Origin: Candidatus Poribacteria bacterium | GTDB taxonomy: Bacteria; Poribacteria; WGA-4E; PCPOR2b | NCBI GenBank assembly: GCA_965116925.1 | Contig: OZ220744.1 | Span: forward strand, 6,302,589-6,366,588 | Reading direction: 5' to 3' | Length of the DNA: 64,000 bases | Shown here: positions 47,076 to 57,128 of the stretch, one piece after another | Layout: every line of letters starts with the position of its first letter | Position numbering within the stretch: position 1 is the first letter of the stretch | Position numbers and translations under genes: made by a program | The notes under the pieces: model-generated | The model's database searches: none | Told to the model about the DNA's origin: nothing | Seen by the model: the letters and a program-made list of their open reading frames with translations, nothing else

Positions 47076-48434
47076 TCAATAACCGCTTTCTCGTGAGGTT
47101 GATGCACACCATCGTGATTTCATCAGGAAGTGCATCAGGATATCGCGCGCTTCGGTGGTTCCAATCTGATGCAGTGTATGCGCGGCGTTGGCGCGGACGT
47201 ACCGGTTCTCATCCTTGAGTGCGGCTTTCAATGCAGGAAGTGCTTCCTCGGCTTTTGAACCAATTCGCGCTAACGCAAGCGAGGAGTTTCGGCGTACCCA
47301 TTCATCCGTATCGGATAATCCCTCCATCAACGCAGGAACCGCTGTCGAACATGATTGTGTAACAATGCCCAACCCCTCTGCGGCAACCTTCCGAACCTCC
47401 GCCGATTTGTCTTTTGTCCCTTTGATTAGCGTGGGTATGGCTTCCTGAGCGGCTGATCCCATGTCTCCCAACGCGTCAACTGCAATCACACGTACCCCTT
47501 CGTTTGGGTCGTTCGCGGCGTCTGTCAGGGCTGACACGGCGGGGGCACCAATTACGCTCAACGCATAGCTAGCATTTCGGCGTACTATCTCAGATTCATC
47601 GTGCAAGGTTTCAATCAACGCTGAAACAGCGGACCCGCCCACTGCCCCCAACGCATAAGCGGCGTTGAGACATGCCGATTCCGACTCGCTTCGCAGTGAA
47701 TCGATTAGTTCAGGGATAGAGCCGTTTTCTGAGGCACCCGCCCCGTTGCCCGTTCCCAAATGCCACGCCCATAGGTGTTTCCACATCAACTTTTGTCCAT
47801 CGTCGCTGGGTGTCCACTCTGTTTCCTCATTATTCCAAGAGGGACTCTGAGGCTCCTCCATACGCGTAAAGAGGAACTTCATCATATACCGATTCGTGTC
47901 GGTGCGGTTCGGCATGGCGCGATGCCAGAGGTCGTAATGGACGATGGTCATTGACCCCGCCTCCCCGGCAAGCGGTAACTCTTCCTGTCCATTATCCGGT
48001 CGGTCGTTGTAACACTGGCTCTGCGGAAGCACCCCCGTCGGTCCTCGCACTTCAGGGGTATCTTGCGGATAATAGAATGCCATCACCCAACGGGTCGGAT
48101 GCCGTCGTCGCGTCCAACTGTCCTTGTGCAGTCTCTGTCCGGTACTGCCCGGTGGGTTGTAATGGCAGTGGCGGTGCGGATGCGTGTAATAGTTTGGACC
48201 TACAAGACCCGTCAATGCGCCATCGACAACGGGATGATCAAAGATTTCCTGAATATCAGGGATTCTGGGTATCAGGTTGTTCCCTGGGTTGCCTTCGTGC
48301 TCAAACACCGCTTCAGTCTGCTGGAAGATCGCCTCGTGAAAATCGGCAGGAAGGTCGGTCTTGATGTTGATATACCCGTTAATAATAAAATGCTGTATCT
48401 GCTCGTCGGTGAGCGAATGTTTGCTGTCAGCCAT
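47076..48434 (-). CDS. PhyH-family dioxygenase domain fused to HEAT (PBS-lyase-like) repeats
   Basis: LHKD...YPQD...GPT...LWHRA in the N-terminal half; repeated L.D....VR..AA.ALG in the C-terminal half. Confidence 0.85.
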   Translation of the reverse strand: MADSKHSLTDEQIQHFIINGYINIKTDLPADFHEAIFQQTEAVFEHEGNPGNNLIPRIPDIQEIFDHPVVDGALTGLVGPNYYTHPHRHCHYNPPGSTGQRLHKDSWTRRRHPTRWVMAFYYPQDTPEVRGPTGVLPQSQCYNDRPDNGQEELPLAGEAGSMTIVHYDLWHRAMPNRTDTNRYMMKFLFTRMEEPQSPSWNNEETEWTPSDDGQKLMWKHLWAWHLGTGNGAGASENGSIPELIDSLRSESESACLNAAYALGAVGGSAVSALIETLHDESEIVRRNASYALSVIGAPAVSALTDAANDPNEGVRVIAVDALGDMGSAAQEAIPTLIKGTKDKSAEVRKVAAEGLGIVTQSCSTAVPALMEGLSDTDEWVRRNSSLALARIGSKAEEALPALKAALKDENRYVRANAAHTLHQIGTTEARDILMHFLMKSRWCASTSRESGY

Positions 48435-48451
48435 TTTGAAAAACTCCTTTC

Positions 48452-48683
48452 TATAGTAGATTTCAGAATTAACTAGACACTGTAGCGCAAACTATTAGTT
48501 TGCAGGTTAAGATCACAATCTAACAGATTGTGGTACAAAAAACTATCTGCTTTTATAGTAGACCTTAGAATTAATGAGACACGCCAAACCAGGGCGGTTG
48601 AAAACCGCACCTACCGGGGGCGAAAGTGTTCATTTATTTTTAGAATTCACTATAATGTCTACTTATTTTTAGAATTTACCATA
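48452..48683. mobile_element. Nested TATAGT-family MITEs (inner copy 48554-48654)
   Basis: Two left ends (48452, 48554) and two right ends (48654, 48683); outer and inner copies carry different REP cargo. Confidence 0.7.
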
Positions 48684-48699
48684 ATTATATTGGAAAACT

Positions 48700-49701
48700 C
48701 TACCACCGAAATAGGTGAGGACCAAAGTCTGCCCTGTAGTATTGTCTGATTGCCTCACCGGGAGTAGCAACTTCATCGATTCGCCCCCGGTCTTCATCCG
48801 TTACCTCTACGTCTATTGCCCCCAGATTGTCCTCCATCTGTTCCATTGTGCGGACGCCGACGATTGGGCTGGTGATCCCCGGCTGCTGGGCGCACCATGC
48901 CAACGAAAACTGGCTCGGTGTACATCCTTTCTCTGCTGCAATTGCCAAGACAACGTCCAAGACATTGAACGCCGCATCTGAGAACAGATCCGCGTTTTGG
49001 CTCTCATCTTGGTAGCGTGCGTCCGCCGGGCGTGCCTCGCCGCGTCGATACTTCCCGGTGAGAAATCCACCCGCCATCGGCGACCACGGGATCAGTGCCG
49101 TTCCATACGTCTGTGCCATCGGGACTAACTCCCGCTCAATGCTCCGATCCAACAGGTGATAGGGCGGCTGTTCGCAAATGAAGCGGTTGAGTCCCAACTC
49201 TTTTGAAGCCCACAAGGACTCAACTACCTGCCACGCAGCGAAGGTACTGCTACCGATGTAGCGCACTTTACCCGCCCGAATCAAATCGTCCAACGCCCGG
49301 AGCGTTTCGTCGATCGGTATGTCTGAACAGGGACGATGGATCTGGTAGAGGTCAATATAGTCGGTTTGCAAACGTTGGAGCGATGCCTCGCACTGCTCGA
49401 TGATGTGTCGGCGACTGTTGCCTTGTGCGTTTGGGTCTTCATCGTCCATGCGGAAGTGGACTTTGGTTGCCAACACGATTTGCCCACGTTTCCCATTTCG
49501 CTTGAATGCCTTCCCGACCATCTCCTCACTCTTGCCACGGACGTACATATTCGCTGTGTCAAAGAAGTTGATGCCCCCATCAATCGCTCGGTCGATGATG
49601 TCCATGGAGTCGGACTCGTTCGTTCGACCGCCGAACATCAAGCAACCCAGACAGAGCGTGCTTACTTTTGTGCCTGTCCTACCGAGACTGCGATATTCCA
49701 T
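48700..49701 (-). CDS. Aldo/keto reductase
   Basis: FFDTANMY, LATKV, SLQRLQTDYIDLYQIH, GKVRYIGSS. Confidence 0.95.
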   Translation of the reverse strand: MEYRSLGRTGTKVSTLCLGCLMFGGRTNESDSMDIIDRAIDGGINFFDTANMYVRGKSEEMVGKAFKRNGKRGQIVLATKVHFRMDDEDPNAQGNSRRHIIEQCEASLQRLQTDYIDLYQIHRPCSDIPIDETLRALDDLIRAGKVRYIGSSTFAAWQVVESLWASKELGLNRFICEQPPYHLLDRSIERELVPMAQTYGTALIPWSPMAGGFLTGKYRRGEARPADARYQDESQNADLFSDAAFNVLDVVLAIAAEKGCTPSQFSLAWCAQQPGITSPIVGVRTMEQMEDNLGAIDVEVTDEDRGRIDEVATPGEAIRQYYRADFGPHLFRW

Positions 49702-49770
49702 CTGTACCTCCTCTTTTTTGCGTTCCCTAGTTGTGTTGCTATTAGGGCAACCACAAGGGTTGCCCCTACT

Positions 49771-50544
49771 TTATTTCTCTGCGACCACGGGGTTACGCAG
49801 GACACCGACACCTTCGACCTCGATTTCAACGGTGTCGCCAGGGGCGATGGGGCCCACGCCGGAGGGTGTGCCGGTCATGATTACATCGCCGGGTAGGAGG
49901 GTCATCACTGCGCTGATGTAGGAAACCAAGTGAGCGACAGAAAACACCAGATCAGAGGTGTTGGAATCCTGCACCACTTTGCCGTTCAGCCGCGTTTTGA
50001 TATCGAGGTTGTTTGGATCTAAGTCGGTGGCGATCACCGGACCGAGCGGACAGAAGGTGTCGAACCCCTTGCCGAGCAGCATACATCCCATCTCCATCTC
50101 AGCGAATTGGATAACCCGCTCGCTGATGTCATTGCCACAGGTGTAGCCGAGCACATGATCGAGGGCATCCGCTTCCGAGACGCGTCGCGTCTCTTTGCCT
50201 ATAATGACCGCCAATTCACACTCGTAATGCACCTCTTTGCCTTGGTGGGGATAGATGATAGACTCTTCCGGACCGATAGCTGTCAGAGTTGGTTTCATGA
50301 AAAGCATCGGATTGGTGGGAAGCTCTTTCCCCGCTTCACGGGCGTGTAGGACGTAGTTCAGACCGACGCCGATAATTCTAGGGGATTCGACCGGCGCAAG
50401 GACCGTCACCTGATCTATATGGGTGACAGCACCGCTCGTATCTAGGCTCTCGAAAGGGCAGCCGGCTAGTTCGCGGATGCTCCCATCATCGTCCAGAATA
50501 CCGTAACTCGCTTCTCCATTGCTGCGATAACGTAGGATCTTCAT
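49771..50544 (-). CDS. Fumarylacetoacetate hydrolase family protein
   Basis: GLNY..H, HYECELAVIIG, GNDIS, GKGFDTFCPLGP, GTPSGVG. Confidence 0.95.
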   Translation of the reverse strand: MKILRYRSNGEASYGILDDDGSIRELAGCPFESLDTSGAVTHIDQVTVLAPVESPRIIGVGLNYVLHAREAGKELPTNPMLFMKPTLTAIGPEESIIYPHQGKEVHYECELAVIIGKETRRVSEADALDHVLGYTCGNDISERVIQFAEMEMGCMLLGKGFDTFCPLGPVIATDLDPNNLDIKTRLNGKVVQDSNTSDLVFSVAHLVSYISAVMTLLPGDVIMTGTPSGVGPIAPGDTVEIEVEGVGVLRNPVVAEK

Positions 50545-50575
50545 GTTTCATATCTCCTTATAGTGTTTAGAATTG

Positions 50576-51700
50576 TCATAATTGTCCGCGTGGAATATCC
50601 ACGCCCGCTGCATACTTTTCTACAGCTTCAGGATCCAACTCTAGCCCCAAGCCCGGCTTGTTCGGATCGGGTGACCACATGCCATCTTTGGGTTCTGACC
50701 ACTCTTTGTAGACAGTTTTGTCCGATTCCTCAGATATCCCTAGGTATTCCACTACCTTCAGGTTCGGCGTGGCACAGGCGAGGTGTAGGTGGATGAGTTG
50801 GTAGGCGTGCGGCGCGACCGGGAGGTTGAACGCGTGTGCAAGATGTGCCACCTTCATCCACTCTGTTATGCCTCCCACTCGTCCGACATCTGGTTGAACG
50901 ATGTCCGCTCCGCCACGAGCGATGAGTTCTTTGAAGCCGAACTTGGTGTATTCGTGCTCGCCTGTGGCGACGGGGATGTTGATCGCTTTGGCGATGGCTG
51001 CCAATCCGTCGATGTCGTCAGCCAACACCGGCTCCTCAAACCAGCCGACGCGATACTCTTCAAAGGCTTTGCCCATATAGATTGCCTGCTTGGCGTAATA
51101 GCCGTTGTTGGCATCGATGTAGATCTCAATGTCGTCCCCAACCGCCTCGCGGACGGCGGCGAGTCGTTGGATATCTTCTCGCTCACTTTTGCCGAAGTCC
51201 TTGCCGACCTTCATCTTGACCGCTTTGAAACCGCGGTCAACATAACCGGTCTGCTCTGCCACCAACTCCTCTAGGTTAAAGTTTGTCCAACCGCCGCTGC
51301 CGTAGACCGGGACAGAATCGGTGTAGGGACCCAACAGTTGATAGAGCGGGACGTCAAAGTGTTTCGCTTTCAAATCCCATAGGGCGACATCAACAGCGGA
51401 GAGGGCACAGAACGCCAATCCCTTGCGACCCACTCCCCGGACGCACCAGAAGAGATCATCCCAAATCTTTTCGATATTTAGTGGGTCTTGACCTACTAGC
51501 AGTTCCTTGAAGGTGCCCTCTATGAGCGTCTGTCCTGCGCGCCCTCCACCTGATGGGCTCAGTCCTTCGAGACCGGAATCGGTGATAATGTGCACGAAGC
51601 ACGCGTTGCGCCCTCTTGCCACATGGCGGATGGTGGCATCTTGAATCGCGCTGAGATGTGGCAGCGACAGCAATGTCGTCTTGACGTCTGTTATTTTCAT
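50576..51700 (-). CDS. Mandelate racemase/acid-sugar dehydratase subgroup enzyme (enolase superfamily)
   Basis: SAVDVALWDL, KMKVG, IDAN, WFEEP, ATGEH, QPDVGRVGGITE. Confidence 0.9.
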   Translation of the reverse strand: MKITDVKTTLLSLPHLSAIQDATIRHVARGRNACFVHIITDSGLEGLSPSGGGRAGQTLIEGTFKELLVGQDPLNIEKIWDDLFWCVRGVGRKGLAFCALSAVDVALWDLKAKHFDVPLYQLLGPYTDSVPVYGSGGWTNFNLEELVAEQTGYVDRGFKAVKMKVGKDFGKSEREDIQRLAAVREAVGDDIEIYIDANNGYYAKQAIYMGKAFEEYRVGWFEEPVLADDIDGLAAIAKAINIPVATGEHEYTKFGFKELIARGGADIVQPDVGRVGGITEWMKVAHLAHAFNLPVAPHAYQLIHLHLACATPNLKVVEYLGISEESDKTVYKEWSEPKDGMWSPDPNKPGLGLELDPEAVEKYAAGVDIPRGQL

Positions 51701-51828
51701 AAAGCATTTCCTCTATAATTTGGGGCATCGTCTAAAATTGACACCCACGGGTTGGTTTATAGGTTTAATCTGCTTCATCGAATCGTATAACACTGGTTTT
51801 ATTATATTGTGCCTGTTTTCAAATATCA

Positions 51829-53513
51829 TCAGAAACCTGCTACCCCCGTCTCATACAGGGGATCTGCCCCCGCATGGAGTTTCCCGTCCTTGTTGATGCT
51901 TACTCCTGTGGGACGCCCAAAACCGCCACTGGCTGCGGCGTTCATACTCACAACGCGGTGTCCCATATTCGCCAATGCGCGCTGTACATCTTCAGGGATC
52001 CGTGATTCGAGGAATGATTCCTCGTACAGGGCTTCCGCCCACACGCGAGGCGCCTCCATCGCGGTCTGAATATCCATATCGAAGTCGATGCAGTGGATGA
52101 GCGCGTGAACTACGCCGCTCATGCTGCGTCGGGCACCCGGCGCGTCCACTGCCAAAAACGGCCTGCGGTCACGGAAGAAGATGGGGACATGTGCACCGCG
52201 CGGAGGACGCCGAGTCGATCCGAGGGAGAGCGGGCGGCCCGGCACTGGATCGAAATTGCACATGTGGTCATTCATGACGATTCCCGTGCCGGGTATCACG
52301 ACATACGATCCAAACGCGTTGCCCAAGCTAGTGAGCATGTTAAATATATTCCCTGCACGATCAGCAACAGCGAGTGTTGTTGTATCGTGACCGCCAACCG
52401 ATTTTGTGTTCCCTTGCACCGGCTTCGGGGATTCACCGTCTTGTAAGGCGTGGGCGACACCGGTTCTACATCATATCGCGCTTTGTCGAGCCGGATACGG
52501 TTGGCGACTTCAGCAGCGTAATCCTTACTCAGTAAGCCCTGTTCGCGCGGAAATGCGAAGTAATTCACCCATGCCCGCCGCATGGTTTCGAGGATCAGGT
52601 GGCGATAGGTCGGACTGTCGGGACCGAAGCGCGCAAGGTCAAAATTCTCCAAGATGTTCAGCGTCTGCGTGAGGAAATTGGAATCCCCTGGGGTATAACG
52701 CAGCCCACGATATTCACCAAAGTGCTCCTCATGCAACTCGCGGGTATCAGACTCATAATTTGCCAAGTCGTCGTCAGTCAGGATGCCACCACCCCGTTCT
52801 ATCTCAGCGATAATTGCTTCAGCGATCCTGCCTTTGTAAAAAGCGTCTGCTCCGCCCTCTGCAATTGCGCGATAAGTGTCGGCAAGTTCAGAATACGTCA
52901 GTTTGTCGCCCGGTGCCCAGAAGGTTCCCGGTGCTGGTGGCAATCCATCTACCAAGTAGAGTTGACCTAAAAGCAGGAATTGATGGAAGTGCTTCATGAC
53001 TCTTGCAATCGTTACGGTGGTTCGTGTATCCACCTCTATCCCGTTCTCCGCTAATTCGATGGCTGGGGCGAGGACATCTTTGATCTCCATTGTCCCGTAA
53101 CGCTCCAATACAGCGCATAGTCCCGCTACAGTCCCCGGTATCGCTACAGACTTATGTCCGATGATATTGGCATCGTCGCGCACATTTTCCCAACCGTAGA
53201 AGCCACCCTGTCCCGGCAAGAGTTCAAACATATCCGGTGTCGCTGCTGCCGGTGGCACGGTGGTGTCATCGAAAATAGTCGTTTTGCTTTGATCAGCAGA
53301 GTGGACGCAAATGATACCGTTGCCACCAACGCCACACATGCCCGGCTCCGCGAGTTGCGCGACGAATGCAGCGGCTACGCCTGCGTCTACTGCGTTGCCA
53401 CCTTGCTGCATAATCTTCACGCCGGTCTGGGCGACGAGGTCATGACCACCTGCGACCACGCCGTTCTCTGCAACGATTTCTTTCCTTGTAGACTCGATGC
53501 TGCTCTGTATCAT
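51829..53513 (-). pseudogene. ggt: Gamma-glutamyltransferase family gene split by a single-base frameshift near 52444
   Basis: Large-subunit motifs (GGNAVDA, PGTVAGL, FYKG.IA) in ORF 53513-52296; small-subunit motifs (HDTTTLAV, FGS, NDHM) in ORF 52419-51829; one added base restores PY(Q)DGESPKPVQGN. Confidence 0.75.
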
Positions 53514-53514
53514 C

Positions 53515-54753
53515 TCAGCCTCTTTCGAGCACAATGCCTTCCCGCTCGATCCGTGCGAACATCTCTTGATATGCCGGTGTGCCATCGTTGTCCCAATATT
53601 CTGTGGAGATCGGTGAGTCGTAGCTCATTGGGATGAGGCGGCTCCGATCCGGCCGCACCATGAAGATGGAGTTTTTCGGATCCGCGATGTTGTACATCTT
53701 CGTCCCGTTCTTGAACTGCGACTTAATAATCCACTTTTCCTTTTCTGGTAGTTTCAGGTTCTCCAGTCGTTCTAGCGCGTTTCGGTCGAGCGTGAGACCC
53801 AGTCCCGGCTTTTCTGGTACGCGCAGAAAGCCGTTGATTGGCTCCAGCCGTTCCTTCACAACATCGTCCTTCCAGGTTTCGGTGTCAGCGAAAAAGTGGA
53901 AGGTCGCTGTCGGAAACGCAGCCATCATGTGCGTCGTCATCGTCCGCGTGATAGTGCCGCCTACGTTTTGGAGCATAAACGGACTGTTGTCCGCTGCAAA
54001 GAGTCCAGCGCGACGGATAGCGTCTCCGATCCTGGAATGCCCTAGCATATATGCATCGGCGGGTTTCATCAACACCTCGTAGGTCGCACCCATCGGGAAA
54101 TGGTGGAGGACGATGGGCAACCGTGATCGCTTACGCAGTTCGATATACCCCTCAATATCCTCTCCCGGCAGGGGATCTTCAAAACATCCGGCGATTGGGT
54201 ATTGTTCTAGTTTGGCGAGTAGCTCCGGCATGTGGTCGTCTGTACCGTGCATGGTGAAGTCGTAATGGATCTTGAACCCCTCCGGCGCAACCGCTTGCAT
54301 CGCCTCGGTTTGGTCCATGACGTTCTCAAAGGGTGAGAGATGGTATTTCAGCCATGTGTACCCTTGTGCGGCGTACTGCTCTACTGTTTCCGCCATGAGA
54401 TGGGGATGTGTGGACACCGTCCAACTTCCCACCGGCACCCAAGAGCGGTATTTCTGCCCAAATAGTTTGTAGACGGGTACACCCGCGTACTGCCCCATCA
54501 GGTCGTACATCGCTGTTCCCAATCCGAGGGAGATCTCGTCCCCTATCCAGTCAAAGGGATTGGTTCCGATGTACCCGTCGATCACTTCCTCTGATTCTGC
54601 ACTTCCGCTCTCTCCCAGCCCTATTAGTCCGTTGTTCGTGTGCACGACGTACACGGTGCGCGTGATGGGACCGTAGAAGTGGTTGAGTTGATATGCGATC
54701 CAGTCCACATATTCGAGGGTAATTGGGTGGACTTCGATTTCAGTAACTTTCAT
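53515..54753 (-). CDS. Divergent enolase-superfamily (mandelate racemase-like) enzyme
   Basis: AMYDLMGQ..GVPVYKLFG, WLKYH, HYD, FEDP, VPEKPGLG. Confidence 0.75.
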   Translation of the reverse strand: MKVTEIEVHPITLEYVDWIAYQLNHFYGPITRTVYVVHTNNGLIGLGESGSAESEEVIDGYIGTNPFDWIGDEISLGLGTAMYDLMGQYAGVPVYKLFGQKYRSWVPVGSWTVSTHPHLMAETVEQYAAQGYTWLKYHLSPFENVMDQTEAMQAVAPEGFKIHYDFTMHGTDDHMPELLAKLEQYPIAGCFEDPLPGEDIEGYIELRKRSRLPIVLHHFPMGATYEVLMKPADAYMLGHSRIGDAIRRAGLFAADNSPFMLQNVGGTITRTMTTHMMAAFPTATFHFFADTETWKDDVVKERLEPINGFLRVPEKPGLGLTLDRNALERLENLKLPEKEKWIIKSQFKNGTKMYNIADPKNSIFMVRPDRSRLIPMSYDSPISTEYWDNDGTPAYQEMFARIEREGIVLERG

Positions 54754-56158
54754 GTTGGTCTCCGTCTGATGTTGCTCGCTTAAGTTCCGATTGAAGAATC
54801 TGCCGATTACCCTCCGAGGCTAACCGCTTGACTGCATCCCACTCCTCTAATCTGTGGTCTCCTATGGTAAGTGGGAAGACGCAGTTGTTGTGCAGCAGCG
54901 GATCTGCGTCCGGATCAAATCCGTAGATCTCACCCGCTCGTTCCCATTCGACGGTGCCGGGGATAGGTGTGAATTCTGCGGGTTTCACCTGAACCCCCTG
55001 AGCGTGTACAAACTTGATACTTTCAATCACCTCTTCCAATGGTTGTCCGGGCAGTCCCATCAACAGATAGACGCCGATATCCTTTGCCGTGAATCCAGCG
55101 GCTTTCAATCGTTCGACTGCACGGGTGAAGCCGTTGTTGGTGACCTTAGGACCGGTCAACTTTTGCCGTGCCACATCGCTGGTTTCCAAACTAATTCGGA
55201 CTGTTTTGAATCCGGCGGCGTACATTTTATGTGCAAGTTCCTTGTCAATCACTTGGGCGTGCATTGAATTAGGCGTGTGGAAGTAGAGCTTCAGTCGGCG
55301 TTCAAGGACTTGGTCTAGGATTTTGTGGATGTGTTTCCTCGCGTTGAGTAGCAGCGCGTCATCGTAGAATGCAAAGTTTTGTGCCCCAAATTCGTCGTAG
55401 CACCACTGGAGTTCATCAACAACCTGCTTGGGATCGCGTTGTCGGAAGCCGGGACTGACCGAACGCACGGCGCAGTAGGAGCAGGTCATCGGACAGCCGC
55501 GCGCTGTCAGAACCGCTGCAAAATCGAGTTTACGGATAAGGTCATGGGCGGGAAAAGGGTAGTCGTTGATGTGGAGTGGGAGTTGGGAGTAGTCCGATTG
55601 GTTTCCTGTCAACTGATCGACCAGTCTCAGGGCGGAGAGTTCCCCTTCGCCTTTGACCACGAAATCCGCTCCCGATTTTTCCACTGCATGTTTGTAACAG
55701 AGCGTCGCATACGTCCCACCGAGCACCACGGGCACATCGGGATAGCGGTGCTTGACGCGGCGGATTACCTCATGGGGGCCCGGATACCAGTAGGTCATCT
55801 TTGATGTCACTAGTACCACATCCGGCTTTGGGCGTTTATCCAGTTCCGACTCAAAAATCTCCGGTGTGATGCCGTACCGGCAGAAATGGCGCGGTACATC
55901 TTTGACAACCTCCGGGCGTTCAACCGGTTCTCGGTGATATTTCCCGGTGCCGTAGGCGTTGCCCTTGGGGGCGGTCAGTCCTTGCAGCTTGAGGAGGTCG
56001 GGATTGTAGCGGTCGAGACAGTCGATAAAATCGAGTTGATACCCGTGCTGCCGGAAGATGCTACCGATAGAGAGCAAGCCGATCGGTTCCACCCAGAGAT
56101 TGAAGGCTGCGAAATCGTAGATCCACGGGTTGATGAGCAGCAAACGACGTTTTGACAT
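54740..56158 (-). CDS. Cobalamin-binding radical SAM enzyme
   Basis: N-terminal B12-binding-like domain (PVVLGGTYA), CPMTCSYC cluster motif, FYDD. Confidence 0.9.
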   Translation of the reverse strand: MSKRRLLLINPWIYDFAAFNLWVEPIGLLSIGSIFRQHGYQLDFIDCLDRYNPDLLKLQGLTAPKGNAYGTGKYHREPVERPEVVKDVPRHFCRYGITPEIFESELDKRPKPDVVLVTSKMTYWYPGPHEVIRRVKHRYPDVPVVLGGTYATLCYKHAVEKSGADFVVKGEGELSALRLVDQLTGNQSDYSQLPLHINDYPFPAHDLIRKLDFAAVLTARGCPMTCSYCAVRSVSPGFRQRDPKQVVDELQWCYDEFGAQNFAFYDDALLLNARKHIHKILDQVLERRLKLYFHTPNSMHAQVIDKELAHKMYAAGFKTVRISLETSDVARQKLTGPKVTNNGFTRAVERLKAAGFTAKDIGVYLLMGLPGQPLEEVIESIKFVHAQGVQVKPAEFTPIPGTVEWERAGEIYGFDPDADPLLHNNCVFPLTIGDHRLEEWDAVKRLASEGNRQILQSELKRATSDGDQHESY

Positions 56159-56178
56159 GACAGCGTTTCCTTTTGTTT

Positions 56179-57069
56179 TTAACTCGATGTTCCGTCTTGG
56201 TCGTTGATGAGTTCCATGAGTTTTTCGAGGGTTTCTGCATCCAAGTTGAGTCCCCGCAATCGTTCCTCAAGACTCAATCCGCGTAATCGTTCCTCAAGAC
56301 TCAATCCGCGCAGTCGTGCTTCGGGGGACATCTGCTCTACCATATCGTTTTCGTTTAAAAAAGCAATCAGATCTGGTCCGAACACTTTCGCCATACGCTC
56401 AAGTTGTTTGTCGTATAGACTTTGCTTTCCAGCCATTGTTAAGACCTCCTTTGTCAGGTCAGGGTTTGTACGAGAGGCGTAGTCAATGTATGTTGCGTTT
56501 TCTTCTTCAATCAACCGAAGTATGAACCGCCGAAATTTCTCCTTTGAAGCTGAAAATATCAGCAGCGGATAATATTTCGGTTCAAGCGGAAGCTCGTTAC
56601 ACACAAGCAGGTGAACAGGTAGGAGATCTGTGCTGACATAATGTCCAACGCCGATTTCTTCCCATTTCACATCATTTTGGCTCTGGTGCAAGACCTTAAT
56701 TGGTTTGCGAGCAGAGACAATAGTAACAGTCATTTCGGAGCTAGAGATTTTTCTTTCACCCAGATAAAGATGAGTGCGACCGAGAATCAGGTGATAGTCG
56801 AAGATTGTCAGCGGATCGCTTTTGCCTTTGAACTCGATTGAGTTATGAGCGCGAAAGAAATCGAAAGCGGTTCCGTGCCGGATCTTTTCCAAATTGCCAG
56901 TTTGCTCGGCAACAACCAATACATCCATTGTGCGAGGAAGGCGGCTAACCTCAACCTGCGTCTGAATCGGGATGCCTAATTCTCCGAAGCTAAATGTCAA
57001 TACTTCCTTGAGAATTGGATCAATTTCATGTCGTTCAATAATAGATCCGGTGTTGTCATCGGTGGACAT
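56179..57069 (-). CDS. Conserved hypothetical protein, PD-(D/E)XK-like, with C-terminal EERLRGLS repeats
   Basis: PRTMDVLV...IEFK motif; 24-bp repeat encoding (E)RLRGL(S/N) three times. Confidence 0.6.
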   Translation of the reverse strand: MSTDDNTGSIIERHEIDPILKEVLTFSFGELGIPIQTQVEVSRLPRTMDVLVVAEQTGNLEKIRHGTAFDFFRAHNSIEFKGKSDPLTIFDYHLILGRTHLYLGERKISSSEMTVTIVSARKPIKVLHQSQNDVKWEEIGVGHYVSTDLLPVHLLVCNELPLEPKYYPLLIFSASKEKFRRFILRLIEEENATYIDYASRTNPDLTKEVLTMAGKQSLYDKQLERMAKVFGPDLIAFLNENDMVEQMSPEARLRGLSLEERLRGLSLEERLRGLNLDAETLEKLMELINDQDGTSS

Positions 57070-57128
57070 TATACTTTTTTGCCTTCACTCCCTGCTAGTG
57101 CGAAAGTAATGTTTTCGGCTTCAAATTT

